A DNA stretch of 64,000 nucleotides from a virus (taxonomy: Duplodnaviria; Caudoviricetes): positions 1 through 64,000 of IMG/VR virus record IMGVR_UViG_3300028569_001484, one strand, 5' to 3'. A model generated the notes under the pieces. It was not told where the DNA came from. It ran no database searches and saw only the letters and a list, made by a program, of their open reading frames with translations. The position numbers and the translations under genes are program-made. Shown piece after piece: positions 9,501 through 19,640 of the stretch (the stretch's first letter is position 1; the number at the start of each line of letters is the position of its first letter).

Positions 9501-9752
9501 ATGAGTTACATATTCAATAATCAAACTATGATGTGGCTACTACTAATAATAGTAGCCATTTTTACTTTTGCAAACTTTTACTTGTTTATCAAGCTGCTTA
9601 GACAGTTTGACGATCATCAAATTCTAACGGTAGATGCATTGGAATTAATTAATGTTAAAAACAATAAAATATCAAAAGACATTGAAATTTTGCAAAAGCG
9701 TAGTAGAATATTAAATAATGAAAGCAAAGAAAACATCCGAAAACAAAGTTAA
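9501..9752 (+). CDS. small membrane-anchored coiled-coil protein
   Basis: Hydrophobic segment WLLLIIVAIFTFANFYLFI followed by coil; start uncertain. Confidence 0.6.
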   Translation: MSYIFNNQTMMWLLLIIVAIFTFANFYLFIKLLRQFDDHQILTVDALELINVKNNKISKDIEILQKRSRILNNESKENIRKQS

Positions 9753-10191
9753 AGTTCGTGGTTTATTTGATCATATAAATCATATTCGTGAGGTAAAGAA
9801 TAAAGATTATTATAAGTCTTTATCCGAGGAAGAAAAGAAATCATTTAACAAGTATATGATAATTAGATTTCTTAGTATGGATGTTGATATTATAGAAGAC
9901 GTATCATTTGTTTCTAAATATTTTCAAAATATACCAGATGAACAATTTTATCAAGTAATGATCGATTTGGTGCCAAAAGGAAGAAAGTTCTGTAAGTATA
10001 TTAAAAATAGTACCGAGGGTATCAATGAAACAATATTAGATTGTATTTGTAAGAAATATAAAATTGGAAAACGAGATGCTATAGATTACTATAACATATA
10101 TACGTCTAATGACACTAACTTAAAAGACTTGTGTGAACTAATACAAGGTTTTGGTTATAGTGAAAAAGAAGTAGAGAAGTTATTTAAATAA
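9718..10191 (+). CDS. clamp-loader small subunit (T4 gp62-like)
   Basis: LFDHIN...FNKYMIIRFLSM...VPKGRKFCKYIK pattern of gp62-like proteins; clamp and gp44-like genes in window. Confidence 0.65.
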   Translation: MKAKKTSENKVKVRGLFDHINHIREVKNKDYYKSLSEEEKKSFNKYMIIRFLSMDVDIIEDVSFVSKYFQNIPDEQFYQVMIDLVPKGRKFCKYIKNSTEGINETILDCICKKYKIGKRDAIDYYNIYTSNDTNLKDLCELIQGFGYSEKEVEKLFK

Positions 10192-10192
10192 T

Positions 10193-10834
10193 ATGAAAAT
10201 TATAGGTGTATCTGGTTTTGCTCGTAGTGGCAAAGATTTGTTTGCTAAAGTTGCTCAAAACATTTTGGAAAAACGCGGACTGAAAGTTGAAAAGTACGCA
10301 TTAGCATATGAGTTAAAAAACGATCTAAAAGACCTTATCAAAACTAAGGTGGGAATTGATGTTTTTACAGAAAACACCGAAGAAAAGAATATTATTAGAC
10401 CATTGTTAGTTGCTTATGGCGATGTAATGAGAAAGGTATCAGAAGGTAAATATTGGACGGGTAAGATTGAACAAAAGATCAAACAGTCTAATGCTGATGT
10501 AATTTTTATTACAGATATCAGATATGATGTATATCCCGAGGATGAGTGTACTTGGTTACAAAATAAACAAGACGGTAAATTAGTACACGTTACGAAATTT
10601 AAACAAGAACCAATGCCTTCAGGCAGAAGATTCAGTAATAATAAAATTGTTAAGATTTATAATTCTGCACCAAACGATCACGAAATGTTAAATGATCCAA
10701 AGGTAAAGGCTAAAGCTGATTGTGCTTTTGAATGGGAAGATTACAGTGATAAGTTATACGGATGTTCTTTAGGGGAACATCCGTATATCACAGAGAAAGT
10801 TATTGAATCGTTAAAACTTATTAACGTAATTTGA
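10193..10834 (+). CDS. deoxynucleoside monophosphate kinase (T4 gp1-like)
   Basis: IIGVSGFARSGKD P-loop, RPLLVAYG, ITDIRY...E. Confidence 0.8.
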   Translation: MKIIGVSGFARSGKDLFAKVAQNILEKRGLKVEKYALAYELKNDLKDLIKTKVGIDVFTENTEEKNIIRPLLVAYGDVMRKVSEGKYWTGKIEQKIKQSNADVIFITDIRYDVYPEDECTWLQNKQDGKLVHVTKFKQEPMPSGRRFSNNKIVKIYNSAPNDHEMLNDPKVKAKADCAFEWEDYSDKLYGCSLGEHPYITEKVIESLKLINVI

Positions 10835-11102
10835 GTTTGGTAATCAAGTTGTGACCATTATGATAGAAGATAATTTCTTCATCGGTGGTTTTTGTACGAA
10901 AATAATCAATTAAAGACGGCGCAACTGAACTAACTAAGTTTATATAAATTTTGTTACATTCGTCGTGTTTTATTGATTTTCTCTGTTTTTGACACGAACA
11001 AATCTTATCAAACGTTTGCACACAGTTTGTTAATATAGCAAATGCGCCAATGTTATCTTTGGATACAAAATTATTGAATGCTACGTAACTTCCTATAATC
11101 AT
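10821..11102 (-). CDS. hypothetical Cys-containing protein
   Basis: ORF at distal end of minus-strand operon. Confidence 0.6.
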   Translation of the reverse strand: MIIGSYVAFNNFVSKDNIGAFAILTNCVQTFDKICSCQKQRKSIKHDECNKIYINLVSSVAPSLIDYFRTKTTDEEIIFYHNGHNLITKLKLR

Positions 11103-11476
11103 AGTAATTTATTTATTAATAAATACAACAACAAACTACAAATGTAGTTAATAGGCATCATTATAATTGTATAATACAGAGGATAATTCAATGTATATAA
11201 CAATGTAACAATACTAAATAAAGATGTCCAGAAACATAAACAAATAACACAACTTAATAACTTAGTTATATAACTTGGGTATTCTGAATACAAGAAATTT
11301 GGATATGTACTCATTGGATCAACATTGCTTTTATACAGTTGATACTCGTCCAATTTAAATAATTTACGGGTATTTGTTAATTTAGCGATTGTTTGTACTA
11401 TATCGCTATTTAACCAAATAACCATAATAAATGTTACAGCGAATATAATTGGGAGGTTATAGTCTGTTAAGTTCAT
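11099..11476 (-). CDS. membrane protein with CxxCxxFW motif
   Basis: Hydrophobic segments; LLSCVICLCFW. Confidence 0.65.
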   Translation of the reverse strand: MNLTDYNLPIIFAVTFIMVIWLNSDIVQTIAKLTNTRKLFKLDEYQLYKSNVDPMSTYPNFLYSEYPSYITKLLSCVICLCFWTSLFSIVTLLYTLNYPLYYTIIMMPINYICSLLLYLLINKLL

Positions 11477-11640
11477 TTTATAAGATCGTAAATGTAATTG
11501 CCTAGAATTTGAAAAAATATGTTGTATGTAAATATAATTGATATTAATATGAATAATTCGAATCTATCCAATTTACCATTCTGATTAATATCAAAATATT
11601 TTAAAAATGTATTTTGCCAAATTTCTATTAATTTTTTCAT
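11473..11640 (-). CDS. 55-aa membrane protein with EF-hand-like loop (not in ORF track)
   Basis: MKKLIEIWQNTFLKYFDINQNGKLDRFELFILISIIFTYNIFFQILGNYIYDLIK; ATGA overlaps with both neighbours. Confidence 0.7.
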   Translation of the reverse strand: MKKLIEIWQNTFLKYFDINQNGKLDRFELFILISIIFTYNIFFQILGNYIYDLIK

Positions 11641-12839
11641 AACAATTTTTTATTGTACCACTCGTCTTTTATTTCTATTAATTGCTTACTATAATCGTTT
11701 AACTTATTAATAGTAAGTTTAAATATGTCGTATTCAAGTGTTCCTAATTGACCACTGTCTTCCAACATTAATTGAAGCATATTAAAGAATTCAAAACTAT
11801 CATTCGATAATTTAGTACCATCAAATTCGACAATAATATCATTTGTCTTTTGTTCCTCAAATCTCTTCAATTTTTTAGTTAGATTAAACTTGGTATTCTT
11901 TTGTTCAGCTTGAATATATCTTTCATATGGAACATCTGTGTAGATTGTGTCACACCAAGGTTCCAATAGTGCTAATCTGTATTCATCGCAGTTACGTACA
12001 ACAAAACCCACATCATAACGTTTAGGTACGATTGGCTTCATAGTATCATTGTGTTTAACAAAGTGTCCCCATTTACGAATGAAATTTCTGGCACTGCGAT
12101 TGTTTTGTTGTAGCCATTCGTCACTTTCTTTTCCAACAGTAGTTAATGTAGGATTGTATCTACTACCTCTACAAGTCATATGATACACACATCCTTCCCA
12201 CGTTTGAACAAATTTATATCCATTTGACAAGAATCTATTGAAGATATCACTGTCTTCCTTGCTTTGTGGTGCGTATAGATCGTCGTGACCCCCAATGGAT
12301 TGGAAATCCTTCTTATAAAGGGCCCATGGCGCAAAGATTCCTTCTGTGGTTTTATCTTTTCTTGTTAAACGTGTATCATTGAACCATTTCAATAAACCAG
12401 CTTCATTAAACTCTTCTGGCTCGGTACCAAAGGCTTGTACGATCTTTTCTGGTCCCGGTGGATGTAGAGGTGGTTCAATTCGGGTAAGACTAACAATAGT
12501 ACCTGGTTGAATATACTTTTCTACATATTTGTCGAAGTTGGGACAAGCATACATATCTGCGTGGTAGATCATTACCACATCATTGGTAGCAACTTCGTTT
12601 ATAAGACGGTCATATAAAATTGTATGACCCAATCTGGTCGGACCTTCGTTGCGGATAAATTTGAAGTGCGGATCTTTTTGTGATGTTTCTTTGCACCATT
12701 CCAATGTACCGTCATTACTGAAGTCGTCTGCAACACAGATTTCATGTTCTTTGTGACTTAAATTTTTACGAATAGCTTCGTAACTCCATTTAAGATATTT
12801 TAGGTTGTTTCTGCTTGGTTGAATAAAACTAATTTTCAT
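11637..12839 (-). CDS. glycosyltransferase family 2
   Basis: ISFIQPSRN, VADDFSNDGT, HADM, GGHD...EDSD motifs. Confidence 0.9.
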   Translation of the reverse strand: MKISFIQPSRNNLKYLKWSYEAIRKNLSHKEHEICVADDFSNDGTLEWCKETSQKDPHFKFIRNEGPTRLGHTILYDRLINEVATNDVVMIYHADMYACPNFDKYVEKYIQPGTIVSLTRIEPPLHPPGPEKIVQAFGTEPEEFNEAGLLKWFNDTRLTRKDKTTEGIFAPWALYKKDFQSIGGHDDLYAPQSKEDSDIFNRFLSNGYKFVQTWEGCVYHMTCRGSRYNPTLTTVGKESDEWLQQNNRSARNFIRKWGHFVKHNDTMKPIVPKRYDVGFVVRNCDEYRLALLEPWCDTIYTDVPYERYIQAEQKNTKFNLTKKLKRFEEQKTNDIIVEFDGTKLSNDSFEFFNMLQLMLEDSGQLGTLEYDIFKLTINKLNDYSKQLIEIKDEWYNKKLL

Positions 12840-12841
12840 AT

Positions 12842-13786
12842 TTAAAACTGTATTTTTACTTGCTCCATCAATTGACTATAATCGTGAATTCCTGTTTTCA
12901 CAACACTATTGTCTATTACAGGAATGACATTAGCATTTGATAGCTTACGAAAATAACTATTAGGACCAAAGTAATTAGGGCGTAATTCTTTTCCCTTGTG
13001 TATATAACTAATAACAGTGCCACCGAAAAGTGATGATAATATTGAGTTTCCGCCACAAACTGTAACAAATCTGCTACAATTTGCCATTATTTTTAATTGC
13101 GTTTCATTGTAACTATATTTTGATTCTTTGACCAAATCATCTATCAATATTACATTGTCAAAGTACTTACATAGTTCAAAATCTGTTATAACACCTATAC
13201 CATCCACATTAGCGGTAATATCGTGGTAACCTTGTTCCAATGAATTGTATTCATTTTGATCTATAGTAAATTCTTTTTCTTTATTAGTAGCTCTCTTGTA
13301 TATTACAGTATAACCCTTTTCTTTAAAATAATCGAATAGTTCATATAAACAAGGAATATTAAAATAACCCAGTGGAATTTCACCGTGTTCCATATTATAC
13401 TTGTTGGTGATAAACACCACGGGTTTATCAAATTTATATTCGTCATTTTTATAATATTCTTTGAATGGCGGACATACCCACTTACTATAATCCAATACAC
13501 CATTAACTTGCGTTTGTTCATCGGCGGACAAATGATGATATTCTTTACCTGTTATTGATAAAGAATTATGATGAATCCATTTATTTGGTACTTCTGCTAA
13601 AGCTAGATCATTATCTATTGTTCTAGATAAAAATTTTTCTTTGACATTATCACAAAAGAAATAGTATGGTTTCATACCCTTGCTAGTAACTACACCATCC
13701 AATTGATTGTTTTGATGTAACCAATATGCGAATGGTATTGCTAGAGCAAGTTCGATGCCAAATTCAGGATTTACTTTTAGTATCAT
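12842..13786 (-). CDS. putative GT-B glycosyltransferase
   Basis: EFGIEL N-terminus and FVTVCGGNSILSS C-terminal motif; operon context. Confidence 0.5.
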   Translation of the reverse strand: MILKVNPEFGIELALAIPFAYWLHQNNQLDGVVTSKGMKPYYFFCDNVKEKFLSRTIDNDLALAEVPNKWIHHNSLSITGKEYHHLSADEQTQVNGVLDYSKWVCPPFKEYYKNDEYKFDKPVVFITNKYNMEHGEIPLGYFNIPCLYELFDYFKEKGYTVIYKRATNKEKEFTIDQNEYNSLEQGYHDITANVDGIGVITDFELCKYFDNVILIDDLVKESKYSYNETQLKIMANCSRFVTVCGGNSILSSLFGGTVISYIHKGKELRPNYFGPNSYFRKLSNANVIPVIDNSVVKTGIHDYSQLMEQVKIQF

Positions 13787-13787
13787 A

Positions 13788-14864
13788 TTAAGTACACTTG
13801 TCGTCTAAACAAACACCTTCTTTAAGAATAGCGGCTGATGCTAATCGTTTGCTGTGTTTTTCCATTACGTATTCCGACAATGTTTCGTCTGACTTTTCTA
13901 ATCCCAATGCTTTTCTGTAACTAATAGAAATTGGTCTGCCGTGATCTTTTTCGGCTAATTTATTTTTAGCTGCTACTTGACACATTTTACACATTTCCCA
14001 CATTCCTGATTTTTTATTAATTTCAGCATTACCTTTTTCATTTACACCTGACCAATTTGTGAAATCGTCGGGTAAATCTTTACGATTATACTCATTTAAT
14101 TTAAACAATCTAGCAATAGCTGATCCATTTGAACAAGGCCAATATCCATCAAATGAATAGTTTACACCACATCTATTTGGGATATTACATTCTGGTATCA
14201 TTTCTTGACCTGAATCATATGGTGCTACTAAACTACAACGGTGTATTTCTCCCTTTTCATCCAATGGGGTGAAGTTAGTAACTGGAATTCCTCTGAAAAA
14301 ATTTACTTTTGATAGTAAGTCTGCTAGCGATACTTGATTGGGCATTTCAAATACCATTTTATCCAAATTAGGAATCAATTGATCTTTAGTAATTTGACTA
14401 TCATTTAGATATTGTGCAATTGATTTAAAAATTGGACTTATATGATCAACATACGATAACTTAATCTTATTAACTTTATCAAATGGAAAATACTTAATAA
14501 CACGATCCGGAGTATCCAACGTACCCGCCTTTAACATTTTGGGGTGTAAATTTGAAATAATAACAATATTTGGAACTGGATCTCCCCACAAATTATCACG
14601 TAGTCTATCTACTATATCTGCGATATTTGGATGCGTTAGTGGTTCTCCACCAATAATATGTATTCTTTCAATTTTACCTTGTCTTTTGCAATCGGCTATC
14701 AATTTGTCAACGTGGTCCATTGTCACGTTGGTATTTTCATAATAATTAAGACCAGCTGCATTATCTTTGTCAAATGGATCAGTTAATGCATTGAAATTAC
14801 TATGCCTATTGCAGCTAGGACAACTAAAATTACATTGCAGTGTTACGTCAAATTCAATATTCAT
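13788..14864 (-). CDS. radical SAM protein
   Basis: CNFSCPSC, IIGGEPLTHP, C-terminal Cys cluster. Confidence 0.85.
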   Translation of the reverse strand: MNIEFDVTLQCNFSCPSCNRHSNFNALTDPFDKDNAAGLNYYENTNVTMDHVDKLIADCKRQGKIERIHIIGGEPLTHPNIADIVDRLRDNLWGDPVPNIVIISNLHPKMLKAGTLDTPDRVIKYFPFDKVNKIKLSYVDHISPIFKSIAQYLNDSQITKDQLIPNLDKMVFEMPNQVSLADLLSKVNFFRGIPVTNFTPLDEKGEIHRCSLVAPYDSGQEMIPECNIPNRCGVNYSFDGYWPCSNGSAIARLFKLNEYNRKDLPDDFTNWSGVNEKGNAEINKKSGMWEMCKMCQVAAKNKLAEKDHGRPISISYRKALGLEKSDETLSEYVMEKHSKRLASAAILKEGVCLDDKCT

Positions 14865-15520
14865 AGGTGTGTGTTTATCATTTTGAGTATCTTAAAAGCC
14901 TCTGCATATTTACATTGACCTTGTATACCTCTAAATTTTGCTAGTATCTCTAAATTAGATTTTACATTTAATCCAACTTTTTCATATTTTGAAATCTGAC
15001 TTTTGTGACACATAGATGCTTCGATCTTTTTATCAAATGAATTATCGATATTTTCATAGTAATTGATATCCATTTGATTTTCTGTCATTCGGGAAATGGG
15101 AATTTGTTCATAACAAAATACATTCGGAACATATCGAGCAGCTGCCATTGTAGTCTTGAATGTTGAAATATGATCTTGATTTGCATCTCCAGCCCAATGT
15201 GTATAGATTGTATCCACTTTGTGCTTTTTAATCAAACTTTCAAGTTTACTCACTGAGTCAAAGCTAAAAGGTACGTGCAAATCTTTGAAAGGTAAAAACT
15301 CTACATTGTCACATTGTAATACTTTAGCCGCATTAATAGTTTCCAATCTATTTTCTTCGGCTGTTCTCAATAATATTCCATTAGTACCGTCTACAGATTC
15401 TGTATTGGTCATACACACGTATACTACATAATCGCCTTTTAATTTGTGGTTATATAGTGTACCTCCACAGCCAAATTCAATATCATCAGGATGCGCTCCT
15501 ATTGCCATTACACGTTTCAT
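14861..15520 (-). CDS. PIG-L/LmbE family deacetylase
   Basis: AHPDDIEFGCGGT, THW-x-GDANQDH, HKSQ. Confidence 0.9.
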   Translation of the reverse strand: MKRVMAIGAHPDDIEFGCGGTLYNHKLKGDYVVYVCMTNTESVDGTNGILLRTAEENRLETINAAKVLQCDNVEFLPFKDLHVPFSFDSVSKLESLIKKHKVDTIYTHWAGDANQDHISTFKTTMAAARYVPNVFCYEQIPISRMTENQMDINYYENIDNSFDKKIEASMCHKSQISKYEKVGLNVKSNLEILAKFRGIQGQCKYAEAFKILKMINTHL

Positions 15521-15521
15521 A

Positions 15522-16211
15522 TCAACTTAAAATTATATTTTTGCTATTTGTACCTTCATTGAACAATAAATCTATTATACACATATACTGTTTAAAGTCA
15601 CCATATAATTGTGTGTATTTAGGATGATTATAATGTTGCCATATCAATTCTATGTTATTATCCTTAAATTCTTGTTCATTAATGTATCTCATAGAACCGG
15701 GTCCAGTACCAGAAATGTATTTTGTAGCATTTAATTTTTTTAATAGATACATTATACGATCTCCACCAGAAACCTCATTGGGACATATTTCCGAACAAAA
15801 TACAACTTGCGTTTTAATATCCATTACATTTAAGAAATATTTAATTAAAGCACTGTTTAAATCTGACAATGTTTTATGATTGACTTTAAGAATTGATTCT
15901 AGATCGCCATAATAAACATTAAAGTATTTTGACTTTCTATAGAAGTTTTTAATCAAATTTAAATGGTTATCATTCCATCCGTTATGGTTGATTTCAATTT
16001 CATTAAAGTTTTTCAATTCACTTTTTCCATTTAATGGAACGGTTAACCATTTGGGTTCGCCGTCTGTCTTAATTAAATTTCTATGACCAAAGTGTTGTTT
16101 ACCTCGGGGAAATTGTACATTATCAAAAATAACAAAGATATCGCTTCTAGCTATTTTATCAAAAAACCCCATCCAAGGTAAGTAATTTGGCTGATGAATG
16201 CTTATAATCAT
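15522..16211 (-). CDS. WbqC family protein
   Basis: IHQPNYLPWMGFFDKI, YISGTG, IIDLLFNEG. Confidence 0.9.
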   Translation of the reverse strand: MIISIHQPNYLPWMGFFDKIARSDIFVIFDNVQFPRGKQHFGHRNLIKTDGEPKWLTVPLNGKSELKNFNEIEINHNGWNDNHLNLIKNFYRKSKYFNVYYGDLESILKVNHKTLSDLNSALIKYFLNVMDIKTQVVFCSEICPNEVSGGDRIMYLLKKLNATKYISGTGPGSMRYINEQEFKDNNIELIWQHYNHPKYTQLYGDFKQYMCIIDLLFNEGTNSKNIILS

Positions 16212-17350
16212 ACAATTTTATTGATTACATCCGCAACATAGTCAACTTGATCCATAGTCATTTCTACGTACATAGGGATGGACAAATGTCGAGATAACAA
16301 TCCATCCGCTGATTGATACGACTGATTTACAGTGTATGGTTCAAATACTTTTTGTTGGTGACAAGCTGGCCAATAAGCATTTGCTGTGGGTATGTTATAT
16401 TCTAAGAATAGTTTTTTACAAATTTCAGATCTTTCATTCAAAGTTGTAGATCTTGGTAATTCTATAATATAGTGCCACCAAGTATTGGTTATGTTATCTG
16501 GAACATCAATAAATTTAATCTTGGGATTTGTAATTTTTTCTTTGTATCTTTTTGCTATAATATTTCTTTTCTCAACAAATTCGTTAACTCGTTTCAACTG
16601 ACTGATACCAAGAGCCGCAACCATTTCTGTCATTTTATAGTTTGATGATATAAATTCACAACTTACACCAAAATCTACACCGTTTACTGGGCTTGGATTT
16701 CTAACAGCTCCGTGATTTCTTAATGTCTTACAAGTTTCTGCAAATTTTTCATCGTTGGTAGTAATTATTCCACCTTCACCTGTAGTTATAATCTTAGTAG
16801 CAAATAATGAAAAACATCCTGCGTATCCTAAGTTTCCAGCGTGAAGGTTATCAATAGTAGCTCCTACTGCGTGAGAAGCATCTTCAAACAATAGTAGACC
16901 GTGTTTGTCACATAGTTTTTTAATGTTATAATAGTCAGGAGTAATATATCCCGCCATATGAACCAACATTACACCGGCTACATCTTTGTCCAAACTTCTT
17001 TCGATTACATCCGCACTTAAACAATGAGTATTTTCATCAATATCTACGATCACTGGAATATTATTGGAACGAACAATTGCACTTACACTTGCTATAAATG
17101 TTTGAGTTGGAACAATAATCTTTTTGCCAACCAAACCAGATGCTCTAAGTGCCACTTCCAAACAAGTTCCGCCGGAACAAGTTGCAACTGCATATTTTGT
17201 TCCACAATACTTTGCGAACAAGTTTTCAAATTCGGACACATACTTTGACTGAACTAGGGACTCTGTATTTAGAATATCAGCAACTCTATCCAAGATTTCT
17301 TTGTGGTCTTCTTTGGGAATATAAGGCTTTGTTCTTGATAATTTATTCAT
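16208..17350 (-). CDS. DegT/DnrJ/EryC1/StrS sugar aminotransferase
   Basis: EDASHAVGA, FSLFATKIITTGEGG with PLP lysine. Confidence 0.9.
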   Translation of the reverse strand: MNKLSRTKPYIPKEDHKEILDRVADILNTESLVQSKYVSEFENLFAKYCGTKYAVATCSGGTCLEVALRASGLVGKKIIVPTQTFIASVSAIVRSNNIPVIVDIDENTHCLSADVIERSLDKDVAGVMLVHMAGYITPDYYNIKKLCDKHGLLLFEDASHAVGATIDNLHAGNLGYAGCFSLFATKIITTGEGGIITTNDEKFAETCKTLRNHGAVRNPSPVNGVDFGVSCEFISSNYKMTEMVAALGISQLKRVNEFVEKRNIIAKRYKEKITNPKIKFIDVPDNITNTWWHYIIELPRSTTLNERSEICKKLFLEYNIPTANAYWPACHQQKVFEPYTVNQSYQSADGLLSRHLSIPMYVEMTMDQVDYVADVINKIV

Positions 17351-18162
17351 AACGTATTTTTAATATAATCGAGAAATTCAGGTAGATTCTGTTTGGTACT
17401 ACTAAACTTTCTTCCTAATTTTAAAGGAGATAACAATAGATGTTCATCGATAAACGGAGAACTGGTACCATTTTCAATAACATTTGCTTTTTTATTTAAA
17501 AACATACTTATTTCTTCAATAAGAGTTTTGGCACTATAAACATCTTCGTTTACAATATTATAACTGTCTTTAGTATTATATTTGTTAGTAGTAGACATAT
17601 CCACCAATGTATTAACAATATCATTGACCCATATAAAACTCAATAATTTATTTCCAGATCCAGCAACTTCTACTGGTCTATTATTGATTATGTTTCTGAT
17701 ATAGTAACTTATTCTGGGTCTTGGACAATCGTGACCAACAATATATGGCGGTCTAATAATCATATAGTTAGTATCTATTTGTTTAACTATATTTTCACAA
17801 TCTGCCTTTTCCACGCCATAATCGCCAAAGCCAGACAAACCACCAATAGGCATATCTTCGTTATACGACAAACAATTTGCATCTTTATACGCAGCTGCGC
17901 TACTGATAAATATATATTTTTGGTTGGGTTTTAACCAATTTTTAAGATGTTGTGCTTGAGATGGTTTAAAAAGGCAGAAATCCAAAATAACATTATAATC
18001 ATTTTCAACTGTCAATGGTTCATTACGATCCCATTTGATTATTTTAACTTTATCAGGACCAGTTCCAGATCTGTTGAGAACACTCACACTTGCCAATTTG
18101 CTTAGCTCATATGCAACTTTTTTACCAACAAATCTATTTCCACCTATAACCAGTATTTTCAT
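17347..18162 (-). CDS. NAD-dependent epimerase/dehydratase
   Basis: ILVIGGNRFVG, FISS, YGVEK. Confidence 0.85.
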   Translation of the reverse strand: MKILVIGGNRFVGKKVAYELSKLASVSVLNRSGTGPDKVKIIKWDRNEPLTVENDYNVILDFCLFKPSQAQHLKNWLKPNQKYIFISSAAAYKDANCLSYNEDMPIGGLSGFGDYGVEKADCENIVKQIDTNYMIIRPPYIVGHDCPRPRISYYIRNIINNRPVEVAGSGNKLLSFIWVNDIVNTLVDMSTTNKYNTKDSYNIVNEDVYSAKTLIEEISMFLNKKANVIENGTSSPFIDEHLLLSPLKLGRKFSSTKQNLPEFLDYIKNTL

Positions 18163-19025
18163 TAGATGAGTTGTTTGATTTCTTCAATGGTATACTGTTC
18201 AACTTCGTGACTGTACGGTCCATTTTCAAGAATTTTTTCGTGTTTATTTTCGCCAGCTTGTAATCCAATAACCTTTACATTTGGTCGGATTCCAACTGGT
18301 GCATACTTTTGGATAAGTGCTTCCAATAGATTTCCTATACTCATTCCTTTCATAGTAGGAACATAAGGAGTAGAATTTGTACAATTTTCCAAACAGTTAT
18401 AAATCAAATCAATTGCTTGATCGACTGTCCAAAAGAATCTAGTAGCTTCTGGTTCAGTAACAATTAGATCTTTGCCTTCGGCGATTAAATCTCTCCACTT
18501 ACACAAAACTGATCCTGTAGAGTATAGTACATTGCCGTAACGAACTATACGATAATCGGTGCCTGGATTAAGTTCTTCAAATTGTTTAAACAACCTTTCC
18601 ATCAATAGTTTAGAAGCGCCATATACACCAGCTACTTGAGCAGCTTTATCAGTGCTAATGCCGATTACAAATTCTAATTTATGGTTAAGAGATTCTTCCA
18701 AAATATACAACGATCCTAGTGTATTGGATTTGATACATTCACGTACTTGTTTTTCTGCAATGCCAATGTGTTTTGAAGCTGCTAAATGAAATACACCATT
18801 AACACCTTTCATAGCTTGACGTACCTCAAATGGGTCTGAAACATCACCTGTTAAGATCTCAATAGAAGGAAAAGATTGTTTTAGATCAATCAATTTACCT
18901 TCGTCTCTAGATAAAACACGAACTTTTGCGCCATCTTCTAATAGTCTTTTTACGAGTGGCTTGCCTAAAAATCCACTGCCGCCTGTGACTAAAAACAATT
19001 TATTTTTAAAAATATATTTATTCAT
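18162..19025 (-). CDS. UDP-GlcNAc 4,6-dehydratase-like (PseB/CapD family)
   Basis: TGGSGFLG, SRDEGK, HLAASKH, STDKA, YGASK, RYGNVLYSTGSV. Confidence 0.85.
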   Translation of the reverse strand: MNKYIFKNKLFLVTGGSGFLGKPLVKRLLEDGAKVRVLSRDEGKLIDLKQSFPSIEILTGDVSDPFEVRQAMKGVNGVFHLAASKHIGIAEKQVRECIKSNTLGSLYILEESLNHKLEFVIGISTDKAAQVAGVYGASKLLMERLFKQFEELNPGTDYRIVRYGNVLYSTGSVLCKWRDLIAEGKDLIVTEPEATRFFWTVDQAIDLIYNCLENCTNSTPYVPTMKGMSIGNLLEALIQKYAPVGIRPNVKVIGLQAGENKHEKILENGPYSHEVEQYTIEEIKQLI

Positions 19026-19599
19026 AATTTTGCTACTAAAATTTCTCCTTTTGTTGGTAAATTTTCTTCATTTATATCTAGACTTAGACTGTATATTCTT
19101 TTTTGAGTATTAATTTTGAAATTGGGATTAATCTCTGTTAAAACACTTGATATATCTTCTTTGGAAAGATTTTTTGCCCATCTTTCAAACGAATGATAAT
19201 CATCTATCATTATGATGATGTTTTTATTATGATGATGTTTTTATTATGACAATATTTTTTAATTATTCTCAGTTCTTTTAACAAAGGTGCATCTACATTT
19301 GCGTCTGATGCTCCGTGTGCATCTAGCCAAAACGTAATGCCTTCTGTAATATTATATGTTTCAAAAAAGTTTTCGAGAAATTGAACTGAATCTACTTGGT
19401 GAATTTTAACTTTTGAATTGTTGCCAAATAATTTTTTACCCAAATTAATTGATCCTTGGTCAATATCACAGCTAAAAATTTGCTCGAATCCACAGTCTAA
19501 CGCAACTTGTATTCCGTGTCCTTGCCACAACCCTGTTTCAACAAACACTTTGTTTTTATAGTTGTTTAAGACAATCGGATATAATGTGTTGTACTTCAT
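19022..19599 (-). pseudogene. SAM methyltransferase-like gene frameshifted by a 17-bp tandem duplication
   Basis: FVETG...FWLDAH...PLLKEL in one ORF and IDD in the next; removing one 17-bp unit at 19209-19248 restores ...HNKNIIIMIDD (186 aa). Confidence 0.8.
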
Positions 19600-19640
19600 A
19601 GTTTATTATAACTACTGTGCAATTCACTATGAAATTTTTT

